Position numbers and translations under genes: made by a program. Below are positions 35,335 through 45,618 of a DNA stretch of 45,943 nt, piece after piece. The number at the start of each line of letters is the position of its first letter. Position 1 is the first letter of the stretch. The notes beneath the pieces are model-generated. The model searched no databases and was not told the DNA's origin. It saw nothing but the letters and a program-made list of their open reading frames with translations. This DNA is from Candidatus Micrarchaeaceae archaeon (GTDB lineage Archaea > Micrarchaeota > Micrarchaeia > Micrarchaeales > CABMGC01). The DNA is taken from assembly GCA_038878295.1 (NCBI GenBank), contig JAVZVY010000002.1, forward strand, positions 1 through 45,943. Reading direction: 5' to 3'.

Positions 35335-36564
35335 TTATTTATGCTGTTTTGCCCTTTCTGCGCAGAAATCGTTGAGCCTTGTGATTGCTTCACCAAGTAC
35401 TTCTTTGCTTGGTAGGGCAACAATCCTTATGTGGTTTGGCGATCCGAAGCCAGAACCTCTGGCTATCTGCACGTATTTTTCCTTCAGGAAAGCGTCTGTA
35501 AATTCTTTGTCTTTTGTGAAGCCCAGCGGCTTTAAATCTATCCTCGAAAATATGTAAAATGCGCTGTTTGGCCTTACCGTTTCAAGGTATGGGTTTTCGT
35601 TTAGCAGGCGCATACTGAAGTTTACTCTGTCTTCTATGCTGCGCACAAGTTCTTTTATTGATTTGTCGTGCTCGCGCTCGTTGCTTATTGCCTCGGCAAC
35701 AGCATACTGAGCCGGCGCGTTTACGGATATTCTAACAGAGGCGAAGTTTGAAAATTTCTCCTTGAGCGCATTTGATACAGCGTCGTTGCCCGGCACAATC
35801 ATGTAGCCAATCCTGAAGCCTGTAGAAATGTAATCCTTTGAAGCGCCGTTGAGTATTACATAGGGCATGCCTTTCGCCACTTCGGCTATGCTGGTGAACT
35901 TCGCACCGTTGAATATTATTTCATCGTATATCTCGTCGCTCACTATGAGCATGCTGTTGTCGTTCGCTATGTCTGCAAGATCCTCCAGAACTTGCCTGCT
36001 AAGCACAGTGCCTGTAGGATTGTTCGGATTCGTTATGAGCATGTACTTCGGCTTCCTCTTTAGTTTTTTAAACGCTTCCTTTATGTGCTTTGAAAATGCA
36101 TCTGTATCTATACTCCAGCCTGACTTTTCGTCGTAATCGTGCATATATGCGACTCCCTCAGAAAGCTCTATGAACGGCACGTAAAGCGGATAAAAGGGCC
36201 TGAAGATAACCGCTGGATCGCCAGGGTCTATTAGTGCAGCATTAAGTATGTAAAGGGCTTCTGATACGCCATATGTAACTATCACACCGCTCGGATCGAA
36301 ATCTACGCCAAACTTTCTTTTGTACCTATTAGCAACTGCTTCCCTCAGTTCAGGTATGCCGGTCGTTTGTGTGTAATGCGTCTTATTTTCCTTTATGGCT
36401 TTTATGTAAGCTTCCTTTATGTATGAAGGCGTTTCGAAATATTCTGCCGGGTCGCCCCTGTTGAGATGTATGACTTTTGCACCTTTTCTTTCCAAATCAA
36501 AGGCCAATGCGTCGTCCTCTTCAAGCGCATTGGTAGCGAAACTGCTTCTCTTTGAAAAAAGCAT
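35335..36564 (-). CDS. Class I/II PLP-dependent aminotransferase (aspartate aminotransferase-like)
   Basis: Motifs are ITNPNNPTGTV and the PLP-lysine block GASKDYISTGFRIGY. Confidence 0.85.
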   Translation of the reverse strand: MLFSKRSSFATNALEEDDALAFDLERKGAKVIHLNRGDPAEYFETPSYIKEAYIKAIKENKTHYTQTTGIPELREAVANRYKRKFGVDFDPSGVIVTYGVSEALYILNAALIDPGDPAVIFRPFYPLYVPFIELSEGVAYMHDYDEKSGWSIDTDAFSKHIKEAFKKLKRKPKYMLITNPNNPTGTVLSRQVLEDLADIANDNSMLIVSDEIYDEIIFNGAKFTSIAEVAKGMPYVILNGASKDYISTGFRIGYMIVPGNDAVSNALKEKFSNFASVRISVNAPAQYAVAEAISNEREHDKSIKELVRSIEDRVNFSMRLLNENPYLETVRPNSAFYIFSRIDLKPLGFTKDKEFTDAFLKEKYVQIARGSGFGSPNHIRIVALPSKEVLGEAITRLNDFCAERAKQHK

Positions 36565-36592
36565 TGAACCACAGTGCTATTTCTGCGAAAAT

Positions 36593-37267
36593 CTATTTAT
36601 CTTTATCTGAAAGCTCCGCTTCCTTTATTATGTAAACGCCTGAATTAGCGTGCCATTTTATCTCTGCGTTCTTTATTGTTATTTTCTTCTTGAAAAGCGG
36701 AGCATCAAGCACAAAGGTTTCGGCTTCGCCTCCCTCAAAGGCTGCATTAATGCCGAACTTACCGCTAAGGGCCTTTATTTTAGCTACCATTTCCGCATCT
36801 ATCTTCTTCCCTAAAAATGATTCGGTGAGTCCTTCGGCTGAAACAGCCGTTATTATGGCTTCGAAGTTCTTTGCAACTTCCTCAAGCTCATCTATCTGAT
36901 CCATGTGCCACAACGGGGCAACGTGCTCTATGCCTAGCTTTCTTGCTATGGCGTTTACCCTTGATGCCTGGTATTCGCTGGCTATCGCTCCAGTGATTAT
37001 CCTTCCGGCGCCACTTTTTCTGATTGCAGCTTCAAGGTCCTCCAGCTCTTCCTCCTTGTTGCCGCTTGTCCCAGCGAAGAATTGCCTTATGCCCATCGCT
37101 TCTGCCTGCAGCTTAGTGAATTCAAGATTTGGAAAGTGGAACATGTAACTTTCGGGGTTGCGCGGCACAATCGTTATGAGCAGGTCTACCTTTATGCCTA
37201 ATGAAAAAGCCTTGTGGATTGCAAGTGTTGAATCCTTTCCGCCGCTAAACAGCGCAGCATTTATCAT
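36593..37267 (-). CDS. PP-loop ATP pyrophosphatase of the diphthine-ammonia ligase (Dph6/MJ0570) family
   Basis: MINAALFSGGKDSTLAIHKA carries the PP-loop SGGKDS. The ATG at 37267 lies 8 nt after the nth stop. The longest ORF starts at 37312 and would overlap nth. Confidence 0.75.
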   Translation of the reverse strand: MINAALFSGGKDSTLAIHKAFSLGIKVDLLITIVPRNPESYMFHFPNLEFTKLQAEAMGIRQFFAGTSGNKEEELEDLEAAIRKSGAGRIITGAIASEYQASRVNAIARKLGIEHVAPLWHMDQIDELEEVAKNFEAIITAVSAEGLTESFLGKKIDAEMVAKIKALSGKFGINAAFEGGEAETFVLDAPLFKKKITIKNAEIKWHANSGVYIIKEAELSDKDK

Positions 37268-37275
37268 ATAATCGC

Positions 37276-37917
37276 CTATGAGGTATTTGCCTTTGCATTG
37301 CTTGATTTGCATATGTTCCTAAGAACGCACCTGTAGCATTCCTTCTTGCGCGCCTTGCACGTATCCCTGCCGAGCGCTATGAATAGGTTTGATGTAACAT
37401 GCCAATACCTTTTTGGGATTCTTCTCATTAGGTCCTTCTCGATTATTTTTGGATCGTGGCTTCTTGTCAGCTTCAGTCTGTTCGCAACCGTTATGCAGTG
37501 CGTGTCTATCGCGATGCCTTCTGTTATGCCGTATCCCTCGTTAAGTATGACGTTCGCGACCTTTCTGCCGACGCCAGGCAGCGTCATCAGTTCCCGCATA
37601 GTTTTTGGCACTTTGCCTCCAAAATCCCTTATCATTATTCTGGCCGCATTTCTAAGATTGCGCGCTTTGGTCCTGTAGTAATTGAGGCCGCTCAGCCTTT
37701 TTTCCAAAACGCTCAAGCTAGCGTTGGCATAAGCTTCGATCGTTGGGAAATCCTCAAACAGACCTTTTGTCACTTTGTTAACCTGCTTGTCAGTGCATTG
37801 CGGCGAGAGCAGCGTCGCGACAAAAAGCTCGAGCAAGTTCGCATGCCTGAGCGCGGTATGCTGCACGCCGTACTTGCCTGCAAGCTTCACCATGACTTCG
37901 GTTTCGTAGCTTCCCAT
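37276..37917 (-). CDS. nth: Endonuclease III (HhH-GPD DNA glycosylase/AP lyase)
   Basis: The HhH motif is LPGVGRKVANVILNE and the catalytic region is IAIDTHCITVANRL. The C-terminal 4Fe-4S cluster motif is C-x6-C-x2-C-x5-C (CKARKKECYRCVLRNIC). The start is ATG at 37917, or TTG at 37986. Confidence 0.9.
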   Translation of the reverse strand: MGSYETEVMVKLAGKYGVQHTALRHANLLELFVATLLSPQCTDKQVNKVTKGLFEDFPTIEAYANASLSVLEKRLSGLNYYRTKARNLRNAARIMIRDFGGKVPKTMRELMTLPGVGRKVANVILNEGYGITEGIAIDTHCITVANRLKLTRSHDPKIIEKDLMRRIPKRYWHVTSNLFIALGRDTCKARKKECYRCVLRNICKSSNAKANTS

Positions 37918-38092
37918 ATGGAGTTTTCCTCTTAAACTAATGCTTGTTGCGCTTCTATTAGCGAGCAACCTAGCATATTGCAGCAAAAACTTATATATTT
38001 CTGCGCCAGTTTTCAGCTTGTACCGTAGAGCCCCTTTTGCTTGCAGGCCTTCTAAGCATAAAACTTATATCCTTAATCTATCATAGTTATCT

Positions 38093-39418
38093 GTGAAATT
38101 TATGGCGGCTGATGAATTTTCGACTTTTGAAGACGCTGTTTTTAAGGAACTGAGCGAAAAGCTCAGCAGATATCCAGAAAGGGAAAGCAGGGAAAACTAC
38201 ATCAGAAGCGTGGCTAAAGCCATAATGCCTGATGCTCCTGCCGATTATGTTGACAAGGTTGTAAGCGACTGCGAGACTTTCGGCCCGATAGACAAGTACT
38301 TGAACGATCCAAATGTTGAAGACATAATGATAAACAACACAGCAAACATATTTGTGTATTATTCATCAGCGGGACAGACAAAGACCGCAGACCGCATAGC
38401 CAACAGAGACGAACTCGACAGGCTTGTGAATAAGCTCAAGATGTACGCCACCACCGCCGCAACCAACGAAAAGATATTTGACGTGCATCTGCCGAACGGC
38501 TCAAGGGTAAACATAGTAGACTCGCCAATAGGTGCCGATATAACCATAAGAAATTTCAAGGGCATCGCCATGAGCATAATCGACCTGATAAATGCGGGCG
38601 AGATGAGCTACAACATGGCAGCGAGGCTATGGCTTTACACAGAGGGGCTGAAAGTGAGGCCCGCAAACCTTCTGATTGGGGGCATGCCCGCAAGCGGCAA
38701 GACGACGCTGCTAAACGCGATGTTCAGCTTCTTCAGACCAGAAGCGAGAGTTGTAGTGATAGAGGAAACCTACGAGCTTCATACCGAAACGCAGGATAAC
38801 TGCGTCAGGCTCGAAACGAGTCCCGACATGAGCATGGAGGATCTTGTGAAGAATGCCCTTAGAATGAGGCCTGATATGATTATCATAGGCGAAGTGAGAG
38901 GCAGGGAAGCCGTAGACATGATGACAGCTATGAACATAGGTAAGATCGCTATGGGCACCATACACGCGAGCACAAGCAGGGATGTGATAACAAGGCTGCA
39001 GCATACGCCAATGAATGTGGAGATGGACATAATACCGCTGATTGACGCGATAATAATTGTTTCGCAGGTTCCTGAAAATGGCAAGCTTATCAGGAAGATA
39101 ACAAACGTCGCTGAAATATCTGGAATAGAAACCCAGGTTCTGCTTTCTGACCTATACACGTACGATTACAAGCAGCACAAGGGCTCTCCGATTCTGCCGA
39201 GCGTCACATACAGAGATACACTCGCCAAACTGACTGGATATCCACCTGCAGAGATTATAAACGAGGAGAATAGGCGCGCAAGGATTCTTGAAAAGCTGAA
39301 CAACATGGGCGTGCGCGGTTTAAAGGAGATAAACGAATTCTGCAAGGAGTATTACGACGATCCTGCTAAGGCCCTCGCTAAGATAGGGCTTGAGGATCTA
39401 GGCACGCTGCCGTGGTAG
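38093..39418 (+). CDS. Second type II/IV secretion-family ATPase (FlaI/VirB11/CpaF-like), orphan
   Basis: Walker A is GGMPASGKTTLLNAM, the Walker B region is PDMIIIGEVRGREAVDMM and the His box is IAMGTIHAS. There is no adjacent platform or pilin gene. Confidence 0.85.
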   Translation: MKFMAADEFSTFEDAVFKELSEKLSRYPERESRENYIRSVAKAIMPDAPADYVDKVVSDCETFGPIDKYLNDPNVEDIMINNTANIFVYYSSAGQTKTADRIANRDELDRLVNKLKMYATTAATNEKIFDVHLPNGSRVNIVDSPIGADITIRNFKGIAMSIIDLINAGEMSYNMAARLWLYTEGLKVRPANLLIGGMPASGKTTLLNAMFSFFRPEARVVVIEETYELHTETQDNCVRLETSPDMSMEDLVKNALRMRPDMIIIGEVRGREAVDMMTAMNIGKIAMGTIHASTSRDVITRLQHTPMNVEMDIIPLIDAIIIVSQVPENGKLIRKITNVAEISGIETQVLLSDLYTYDYKQHKGSPILPSVTYRDTLAKLTGYPPAEIINEENRRARILEKLNNMGVRGLKEINEFCKEYYDDPAKALAKIGLEDLGTLPW

Positions 39419-40525
39419 CTAAGGCATGAATTCCTTGTTCTTTATCTTTTCCTTTATGTAGTCGTCAACGAAGGTAAGCCTAGGGGCCTGCAGCGCATCC
39501 TGCTCGAGCTTTATCTTAGTCTTTATCATTGTCTGCAGCTCTGAGCGCCATTCTTCGTACTGCTTTATCCACTCGTAGTTCAGCATCTCCAGCGCTCGTC
39601 TTGTGTCCATTTCCGTAGCCTTTATAGTGAGCTTCTTCAGGAAATCGTACCTTTGCAGATCGGAAATTGTTACGCCTATGAACTTTGCTTCGGGAGTTGC
39701 GATGTTCTTTGCTATGTAAGCAAGGTTTATGCTTCCTGTCTTTATTGTCCAGTATATGTACCAGCCCCATGAATCAGAGTCTGTAAAGACGTATATTGGC
39801 ATGCCCATGTCAGCAAGCTTCCTTATGAGGCGCCTTGCGCCTCTTGAGGCTTGCCCCTGCGGCGTTATAAGTATGGCGTTTTCCTTTTTCCAGAAACCGT
39901 CTTCATTGAGTCTCTGCCAGAGCGCGTCCTTTTCCACAACAAGCACGTATTTGGCCTTTGCGTCGACAAACTCTATCTCGTTGTCGACATCGCTCGGTAT
40001 GGCCCAGCCGCTCCTGCCCTGCTTGCTGCAGTCTATCTCTACCTTGCCTTCGCCGAAGTGGTCTATCACTTTTATGTTCCCGGCAAGCACACCTTTCCTG
40101 TTCGCGTTGAGGTTGAGGTCTTCCCTCTTCACATCGAGCGCGGCTTCTATGTCCTCTATGAGCGGGTTCGACTCGCTCTGCTCATTGAACATGTTTTCTT
40201 CTATGTCCTCCCCAAGGGAGAATTTGAGCTGGTAGAAAAGGCCCCTTATTGTTGTGTGCAGGTTCTCGTTTATGAATTTGTGGCACCTCGAGGCCACTGC
40301 CATAGTCTGCATGAACTTTTTGGCCTGCGCCACGTTAACGAAGGTTCTCTCCTCTTTGCCGCCCTTGAGGCGAAGGTAGCCATCATCTTTGTCGTATATT
40401 ATATTGGACCTTGTCCTGGCTAGCGTTACGAAGCTCGGGTTTCTTCCGGCTTTTATGTCGGTAAGTATTTTGCTGCCGAGCGCTTCAAGCTTTGCTTTGG
40501 GGGTATTGCTTTCCATTCTTGTCAC
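39419..40525 (-). CDS. top6A: DNA topoisomerase VI subunit A (Spo11-like)
   Basis: The active-site Tyr region is [10 protein letters not shown] and the Toprim region is [13 protein letters not shown] ... [12 protein letters not shown]. The start is GTG 40525 or ATG 40516, and both overlap the lon 3' end. Confidence 0.85.
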   Translation of the reverse strand: MTRMESNTPKAKLEALGSKILTDIKAGRNPSFVTLARTRSNIIYDKDDGYLRLKGGKEERTFVNVAQAKKFMQTMAVASRCHKFINENLHTTIRGLFYQLKFSLGEDIEENMFNEQSESNPLIEDIEAALDVKREDLNLNANRKGVLAGNIKVIDHFGEGKVEIDCSKQGRSGWAIPSDVDNEIEFVDAKAKYVLVVEKDALWQRLNEDGFWKKENAILITPQGQASRGARRLIRKLADMGMPIYVFTDSDSWGWYIYWTIKTGSINLAYIAKNIATPEAKFIGVTISDLQRYDFLKKLTIKATEMDTRRALEMLNYEWIKQYEEWRSELQTMIKTKIKLEQDALQAPRLTFVDDYIKEKIKNKEFMP

Positions 40526-42494
40526 TGCTCACTATGAGCGGAGCCCTTTCGGCGTAATCCGTTGTTATGTATCTTCTGAGCTCCCTTATCATTGCGTCCC
40601 TTCTAGCGCTTTTCTTTATCGAATGCTCTATGACGTCTGCTATGTTCTTAACAGGCACTATCTTGATCTTCTTAAGCTTGTCCTTTGAGATGTAAATGTC
40701 CGCAAGGTTGCTCTTGGGCACTATCACTGTCTTGAGGCCCGCATCTATCGCGGCCTCGACCTTGCTCGTTATGCCGCCTACGGGCAGGACGTCGCCACGC
40801 ACTGAGAGAGAGCCTGTCATCGCTACGGACTGGTCAACTGGCATGCCTTCCATAGCGGAAATGACGCTTACCGCTACCGAAACGCTCGCACTGTCGCCCT
40901 CAACGCCCTCGTATGTTTGAATGAACTGCACGTGTATGTCGTAGCTCGCTATGTCCCTGTCCATGTGGCGCTTTATTATTGCGCTTATGTTCTTTACAGC
41001 TTCCTGGGCTATCTTGCCGAGCTTGCCTGTGGCTATGAGCTTGCCCTCTGCTCTCGAGCTTGCCTGCGTAACCTCTGAAACGATAGGCACTATAACGCCG
41101 GCCGAAAGCTGCGACGTACCTATTATTGCGAGGCCGTTAACCCTGCCTATGGAAAAGCCTTTTGTTGAAAAGACGTTGTAGCTCTTCCTGTATTCGAGGG
41201 CCTGATCTACGAACTGCGCCTCTATGGGCCTTGCAAATTTCTTTGCCTCTAAGACATCATCTTTTGTCACGACCTTCTTGCCTTTGCTAAGGGCTATATC
41301 GCCTGAAGCCCTTACAAGGCCGCCGAGGTCTCTAAGCACAAGCGTGAGCCTACCTTTTCTGTCGCTTCTCCTGCGAGCCTCGTTGAGTATCTCCATGCAC
41401 GCATCATAATCAAAAGGAGGTATCTTCCCATCCTTCTTTATTTCCTGGGCTATGAACTGAACAAGCAATTCCCTATTTCTCTCGGTATCTGGCATCGACG
41501 AATCCATGTAGACTTCGTAGCCGTACCCTCTTATCCTTGATCTAAGCGCCGGATGCATCTTCTGTATGTCCTGGATGTTGCCGGCTGCCACTAGTATGAA
41601 ATCCGACGGCACAGGATCGGTCCTTACCATAGACCCTGAGCTTAGCTCGCTCTGACCCGTTATAGGATACTTTTTCTCCTGCATTGCCGTAAGCAGTTCC
41701 TGCTGCCATTTCAGATCAAGGCTAGCGATTTCGTCTATGAAGAGCACACCGTGGTTGGCTCTATGGATTGCCCCAGCTTCAACGCGCAGATGCGCTGGGG
41801 TTCCGAGGCCGCCTGACTGCAACGGGTCGTGTTTCACGTCGCCAAATATGGCGCCAGCTCTTGATCCTGTTGCATCGATGAATGGAGCGTGTGTAAGTCC
41901 AGTATTGTCAACTATAAGCTTAGGTATGTTAGATTCGAATACGCCTGGGAGAAGCCCCACGCCGCGTCTTGTGACGCCGCTTGTGAACATCAGTATTCCA
42001 CCGAAGAATAGTATGCCAAGTATCAGTGCTGCTATTACCACTATCTCATAGCCGTGAAAGATGCCAACAATCGAGAGGCCGAAAAGAATTATCACAAGGA
42101 AGATTATTATAGAAAGCATAGGGGATGAACCGTGGTCCAAATCTGTTCTATTTCTCAGCCTTTCTCTCTGGACTATCTGCCTGCCCTGACCGTCGCCTAG
42201 CGGTTTTCCCGGCTCAGGCGGATTAGGATAAGTCTTGACGGTCTTTATTATCGGATTGTTTTCGTCGTTCGGATTCTTGTAGGCAAGCGCGTCCTCAAGG
42301 TCTGTAGCAGGAAGCAAATCTGCCATAGCCTGCGCGAGCATTGTCTTGCCTATGCCAGGCTCTCCTATGAGCAGAACGTGCCTGTGCTGCTTCGCGGCTT
42401 TCTTGACTATGTCTACTGCGTTATTCTGCCCTATGACCTGGTCTATGAGCCTTTCTGGTATTTTTATGTCGTTTGTTGTCTTGAACTTTTTCAT
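40485..42494 (-). CDS. lonB: Archaeal membrane-bound Lon protease (LonB)
   Basis: Walker A is [14 protein letters not shown]. Two TM helices are inserted in the AAA+ module ([39 protein letters not shown]). The S16 protease domain carries [16 protein letters not shown]. Confidence 0.92.
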   Translation of the reverse strand: MKKFKTTNDIKIPERLIDQVIGQNNAVDIVKKAAKQHRHVLLIGEPGIGKTMLAQAMADLLPATDLEDALAYKNPNDENNPIIKTVKTYPNPPEPGKPLGDGQGRQIVQRERLRNRTDLDHGSSPMLSIIIFLVIILFGLSIVGIFHGYEIVVIAALILGILFFGGILMFTSGVTRRGVGLLPGVFESNIPKLIVDNTGLTHAPFIDATGSRAGAIFGDVKHDPLQSGGLGTPAHLRVEAGAIHRANHGVLFIDEIASLDLKWQQELLTAMQEKKYPITGQSELSSGSMVRTDPVPSDFILVAAGNIQDIQKMHPALRSRIRGYGYEVYMDSSMPDTERNRELLVQFIAQEIKKDGKIPPFDYDACMEILNEARRRSDRKGRLTLVLRDLGGLVRASGDIALSKGKKVVTKDDVLEAKKFARPIEAQFVDQALEYRKSYNVFSTKGFSIGRVNGLAIIGTSQLSAGVIVPIVSEVTQASSRAEGKLIATGKLGKIAQEAVKNISAIIKRHMDRDIASYDIHVQFIQTYEGVEGDSASVSVAVSVISAMEGMPVDQSVAMTGSLSVRGDVLPVGGITSKVEAAIDAGLKTVIVPKSNLADIYISKDKLKKIKIVPVKNIADVIEHSIKKSARRDAMIRELRRYITTDYAERAPLIVSSDKNGKQYPQSKA

Positions 42495-42552
42495 AGGAAA
42501 TTACCGATTATTTATTCTATTATACAGCTGCAGACTTAAAAGCGTTATGCTA

Positions 42553-44022
42553 TCAGCCGAGCCAGAACCACGGCAGAACATTCGCGAGAAGGGCCAAGAT
42601 TATCACTATCGCGAGCAGATTCAGCGCGCGCTTGCCTATGTTGAGCTGGTATATGCGCCAGCCATCAAAGCCAGGTATCGGCAAAAGATTTACGACGCCG
42701 ACAAGGAAATTTAGCAGGAACGAGAGCGCAAAGATCATGTAAAGGAAGTTGGCCGCGCCAGAAAGTATGCCTGATTTTGGCACGCTCTCCTGCGTCACGT
42801 AAACACCTATCTTGCCCGTTTCGTTAGTAGCGAATTTGTACGAGCCCTTGTTTGTCTGCACCAGAATTGTCGAATATGGGGTGTCGTTCTTAGCGGCAAC
42901 AACGAAGCTTGTTAGATTCTTGATTGGATAGCCGTTCCAAGCAAGTATTGTAGAGCCTGGGGCGATGACGCCGTTTGCGGGATAACCAGGCATTGTCGCT
43001 TCGACAACAACGTGGTATGTCATGAAATCCGGCAGCACGAAAACCACAAACAGCATCATAAGCGCGAAGAATATCACAGAAGCAAGAATGTTCGACGAGA
43101 TCCCGGCAACTAGTATTCTGATTTGCTTCATCTTAGGAAGCCTTCTTATTTCCTTTTCGTCAGGTTCTACATAAGCTCCTATGGGTATTATGCCGAATAT
43201 CGCTATGCCTATCGATTTAAGCTTCACTTTTGCTTGCCTTGCGAGTACTCCGTGGGAAAATTCGTGCACGACGAGCAATATGAACAGGGATATTATGCCC
43301 GCGAACAGCGGTATTGTTATGCCTGGTATTATAGGAGCTATCCCTGGAACTTGCGAGCTGAGTATAGCAGTGTTTGGATGGGAAGCCGCGGCCGAAGAAA
43401 CGAAAGCCGCAATTCCGTATATTATGCTGGCTGCGTTTTCAAGCACGACAAGAAATGTGAATGTGGCAAAGCCGCCGATTACTGTAACTGCGTATATCGC
43501 ATATGACAAATAACTTATGCCGTGAGCTTGCGACGAAGCAGCGGCTTCGCCCGCAACCCTGCCTGTAATCTGAGGCAGATTTATGAACTGCAACGAGTAA
43601 TAAAGATTTGGCATTACCAGGAATAGCAGCACAGCAAGGGTCGCTATGCCGAAAAGCAACATCCTCTTGCCGTGATGCCTTTTTTTCATGATAGGGTATG
43701 CGAATGCGCCAAGGCTGACCACGAGCCCCCAATCTGCAAGAGCGCCCCAGAAGGCCTTGCGCCTTTTAGAAATGTCATCTATGAAATTTATGCCGCGCTT
43801 ACTGCCTAGCATGTAAACGCCATAGCCGCCTTTGAAGCCGTTGAGTAGCATTATGACCTCGCCGCAAAAGAGGAGGGCAAAGAGCGCGGCAGCCCATTTT
43901 GTGAGGATGCCCACACTGCTGATATACATTGCGTATATGAAAAACACAGTAATCAAAGCGGCAGCAAAGCTCAACGGCAGCGCGTATTTTTTCGCCTTTG
44001 AAATGTCCATCGCACTTCGCAT
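42553..44022 (-). CDS. Site-2 protease family (M50) membrane metalloprotease with PDZ-like insert
   Basis: It has the HEFSHG zinc motif and is multi-TM. The ATG at 44022 sits about 25 nt from a TATA-like box. The longest ORF starts at TTG 44040. Confidence 0.85.
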   Translation of the reverse strand: MRSAMDISKAKKYALPLSFAAALITVFFIYAMYISSVGILTKWAAALFALLFCGEVIMLLNGFKGGYGVYMLGSKRGINFIDDISKRRKAFWGALADWGLVVSLGAFAYPIMKKRHHGKRMLLFGIATLAVLLFLVMPNLYYSLQFINLPQITGRVAGEAAASSQAHGISYLSYAIYAVTVIGGFATFTFLVVLENAASIIYGIAAFVSSAAASHPNTAILSSQVPGIAPIIPGITIPLFAGIISLFILLVVHEFSHGVLARQAKVKLKSIGIAIFGIIPIGAYVEPDEKEIRRLPKMKQIRILVAGISSNILASVIFFALMMLFVVFVLPDFMTYHVVVEATMPGYPANGVIAPGSTILAWNGYPIKNLTSFVVAAKNDTPYSTILVQTNKGSYKFATNETGKIGVYVTQESVPKSGILSGAANFLYMIFALSFLLNFLVGVVNLLPIPGFDGWRIYQLNIGKRALNLLAIVIILALLANVLPWFWLG

Positions 44023-44040
44023 AGCATATTCTACCAGCAA

Positions 44041-44054
44041 AAATATATAATATT
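44041..44054. promoter_or_regulatory. AT-rich TATA-like element in the 60-bp divergent region between the site-2 protease and aMBF1 genes
   Basis: aaatatataatatt lies about 25 nt from ATG 44022 (- strand) and about 32 nt from ATG 44083 (+ strand). Confidence 0.3.
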
Positions 44055-44082
44055 AGAAGTAGCATAAGATATAGTTGGTTGC

Positions 44083-44556
44083 ATGGAGAGCTGCGAGATA
44101 TGTGGCACTGAGACCGACGAGATATACGTGATAGAGATAGAGGGTGCGGAGATGCGCGTGTGCGGAGAATGCGCTAAAGGCCAGAAGATTATTTCTGCTC
44201 CTACGAAAAGCGCGCCCAAGCAGCAGCATGCGTCAGCCAAAGCAGCTACCGCAGAGACGCCAAAGGAATTGATAGAGCATTACGGCGAAGCGCTGCGCAA
44301 GGCCAGGAACGAAATGGGCATTCCGCTCAACGTGCTTGCCGAAAGGATAAGCGAAAAGGAGAGCACTCTGCTCAGGGTGGAAGAAGAGAAGATGCTGCCC
44401 AGCGTAGAGCTCACCAAAAAGCTTGAAAAGGAGCTCGGCATAAAGCTTACTGCGGAAAGCGAGCAGGGCAACGAGCATGTAAGCGGCTGGCGCAGCCAGC
44501 CAGTGACGCTCGGCGACGCAGCAATCAGGAAAGAAAGGCACGACAAAGGTAATTGA
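44083..44556 (+). CDS. Archaeal multiprotein-bridging factor 1 (aMBF1): zinc ribbon plus XRE-type HTH
   Basis: The zinc ribbon is CEICGTE..x..CGECA, followed by IEHYGEALRKARNEMGIPLNVLAERISEKESTLLRVE (HTH_3). Confidence 0.85.
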   Translation: MESCEICGTETDEIYVIEIEGAEMRVCGECAKGQKIISAPTKSAPKQQHASAKAATAETPKELIEHYGEALRKARNEMGIPLNVLAERISEKESTLLRVEEEKMLPSVELTKKLEKELGIKLTAESEQGNEHVSGWRSQPVTLGDAAIRKERHDKGN

Positions 44557-45618
44557 TTGGCCGTAGCTATAGGCTCTCTTGTGGCTGAGGTCAAGGAGAG
44601 CATAGAGCTTTCTGAGCTTAGCGGCAGAAGGCTTGCTATAGATGCGTACAACACCATATACCAATTCCTTTCTATAATAAGGCAGCCTGACGGCACGCCG
44701 CTCCTCGACTCTAAAGGCATGGTCACAAGCCACCTGAGCGGTCTTTTTTACAGAACTATAAACCTGATAGAGCAGGGCATTTCGCCGATCTTTGTCTTTG
44801 ACGGCATACCTCCTGCGCTCAAGAAAAGGACCATAGAGGCGAGGATGAACAGGCGCAATGAAGCGTATGAAGAATGGCAGGAAGCCAAGGAAAAGGGCCT
44901 TACCGAAGAAGCAAGAATGCACGCAATGGCAAGCAGCAGGATAAACAAGCAGATTGTAGACAGCGCAAAGGAGCTTCTTAAGCTCATGGGAGTAGCGTAC
45001 ATACAGGCTCCCGCTGAAGGCGAGGCGCAGGCGGCATATATGGTTAGGAACGGGCTTGCGTACGCCGTAGCAAGCCAGGATTACGACACGCTGCTTTTCG
45101 ATTCCAGATATGTGGTAAGGAACATAGCGATAACCGGCAGGAGGAAACTGCCAAAGAAAAATGTTTATGTAGACGTCGTGCCTGAATTCATAGACCTTGA
45201 AAAATTTCTTAAACATTTTTCAATAAGCATAGATAAGCTTATATGGCTCGGCATGCTCGTCGGAACCGATTTTAATGAGGGCGTAAAGGGGGTAGGTCCC
45301 AAGACTGCGCTCAAGCTAGTCAAAGAGCACGAAAGCATCGACAGCCTAGTCAAGTATGTTGACAAAAAGTACGGCTCTGACTTGGCCGGAAGCGCGGCCG
45401 AGGTAATCAAGATATTCAAGGAGCCAGAGGTCGTTGCAATAACAAGGAATGAGCTTGATGCGCGCATGAGGGAAAACCAGCCGGACAAGGACGCAATTGT
45501 CAGGTTTATGTGCGACCTCCACGGCTTCTCTGCCGAGAGGATAACGAAATTCGCAGACAAACTAGCAACGATAAGGAGGAATGAGAAGCAGAAGGGCATA
45601 TCAGACTGGTTAGGCTAG
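44557..45618 (+). CDS. fen: Flap endonuclease 1
   Basis: The XPG-N block is LAIDAYNTIYQFLSIIRQPDGTPLLDSKG..TSHLSGLFYRTINLIEQGISPIFVFDG. The XPG-I block is APAEGEAQAAYM..ASQDYDTLLF. The TTG start directly follows the aMBF1 stop. Confidence 0.92.
   Translation: MAVAIGSLVAEVKESIELSELSGRRLAIDAYNTIYQFLSIIRQPDGTPLLDSKGMVTSHLSGLFYRTINLIEQGISPIFVFDGIPPALKKRTIEARMNRRNEAYEEWQEAKEKGLTEEARMHAMASSRINKQIVDSAKELLKLMGVAYIQAPAEGEAQAAYMVRNGLAYAVASQDYDTLLFDSRYVVRNIAITGRRKLPKKNVYVDVVPEFIDLEKFLKHFSISIDKLIWLGMLVGTDFNEGVKGVGPKTALKLVKEHESIDSLVKYVDKKYGSDLAGSAAEVIKIFKEPEVVAITRNELDARMRENQPDKDAIVRFMCDLHGFSAERITKFADKLATIRRNEKQKGISDWLG

Noticed and set aside
35151-35423. A 90-aa ORF on the - strand
   Set aside because: It runs straight through tRNA-Val (35229-35299) and into the 3' end of the aminotransferase gene. 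It is low-complexity and Lys/Asn-rich, so it is spurious.
40485-40525. A 32-41-nt overlap between the lonB 3' end and the top6A start as a possible frameshift or fusion
   Set aside because: Both proteins are complete with normal termini. Same-strand overlaps of this size are common in this very compact window, and the top6A start codon choice is uncertain.
44233-45216. A 327-aa ORF on the - strand
   Set aside because: It lies entirely antisense to the well-supported aMBF1 and FEN1 genes. Its composition is Arg/Tyr/Phe/Leu/Cys-rich with no motif, which is typical of a shadow ORF.
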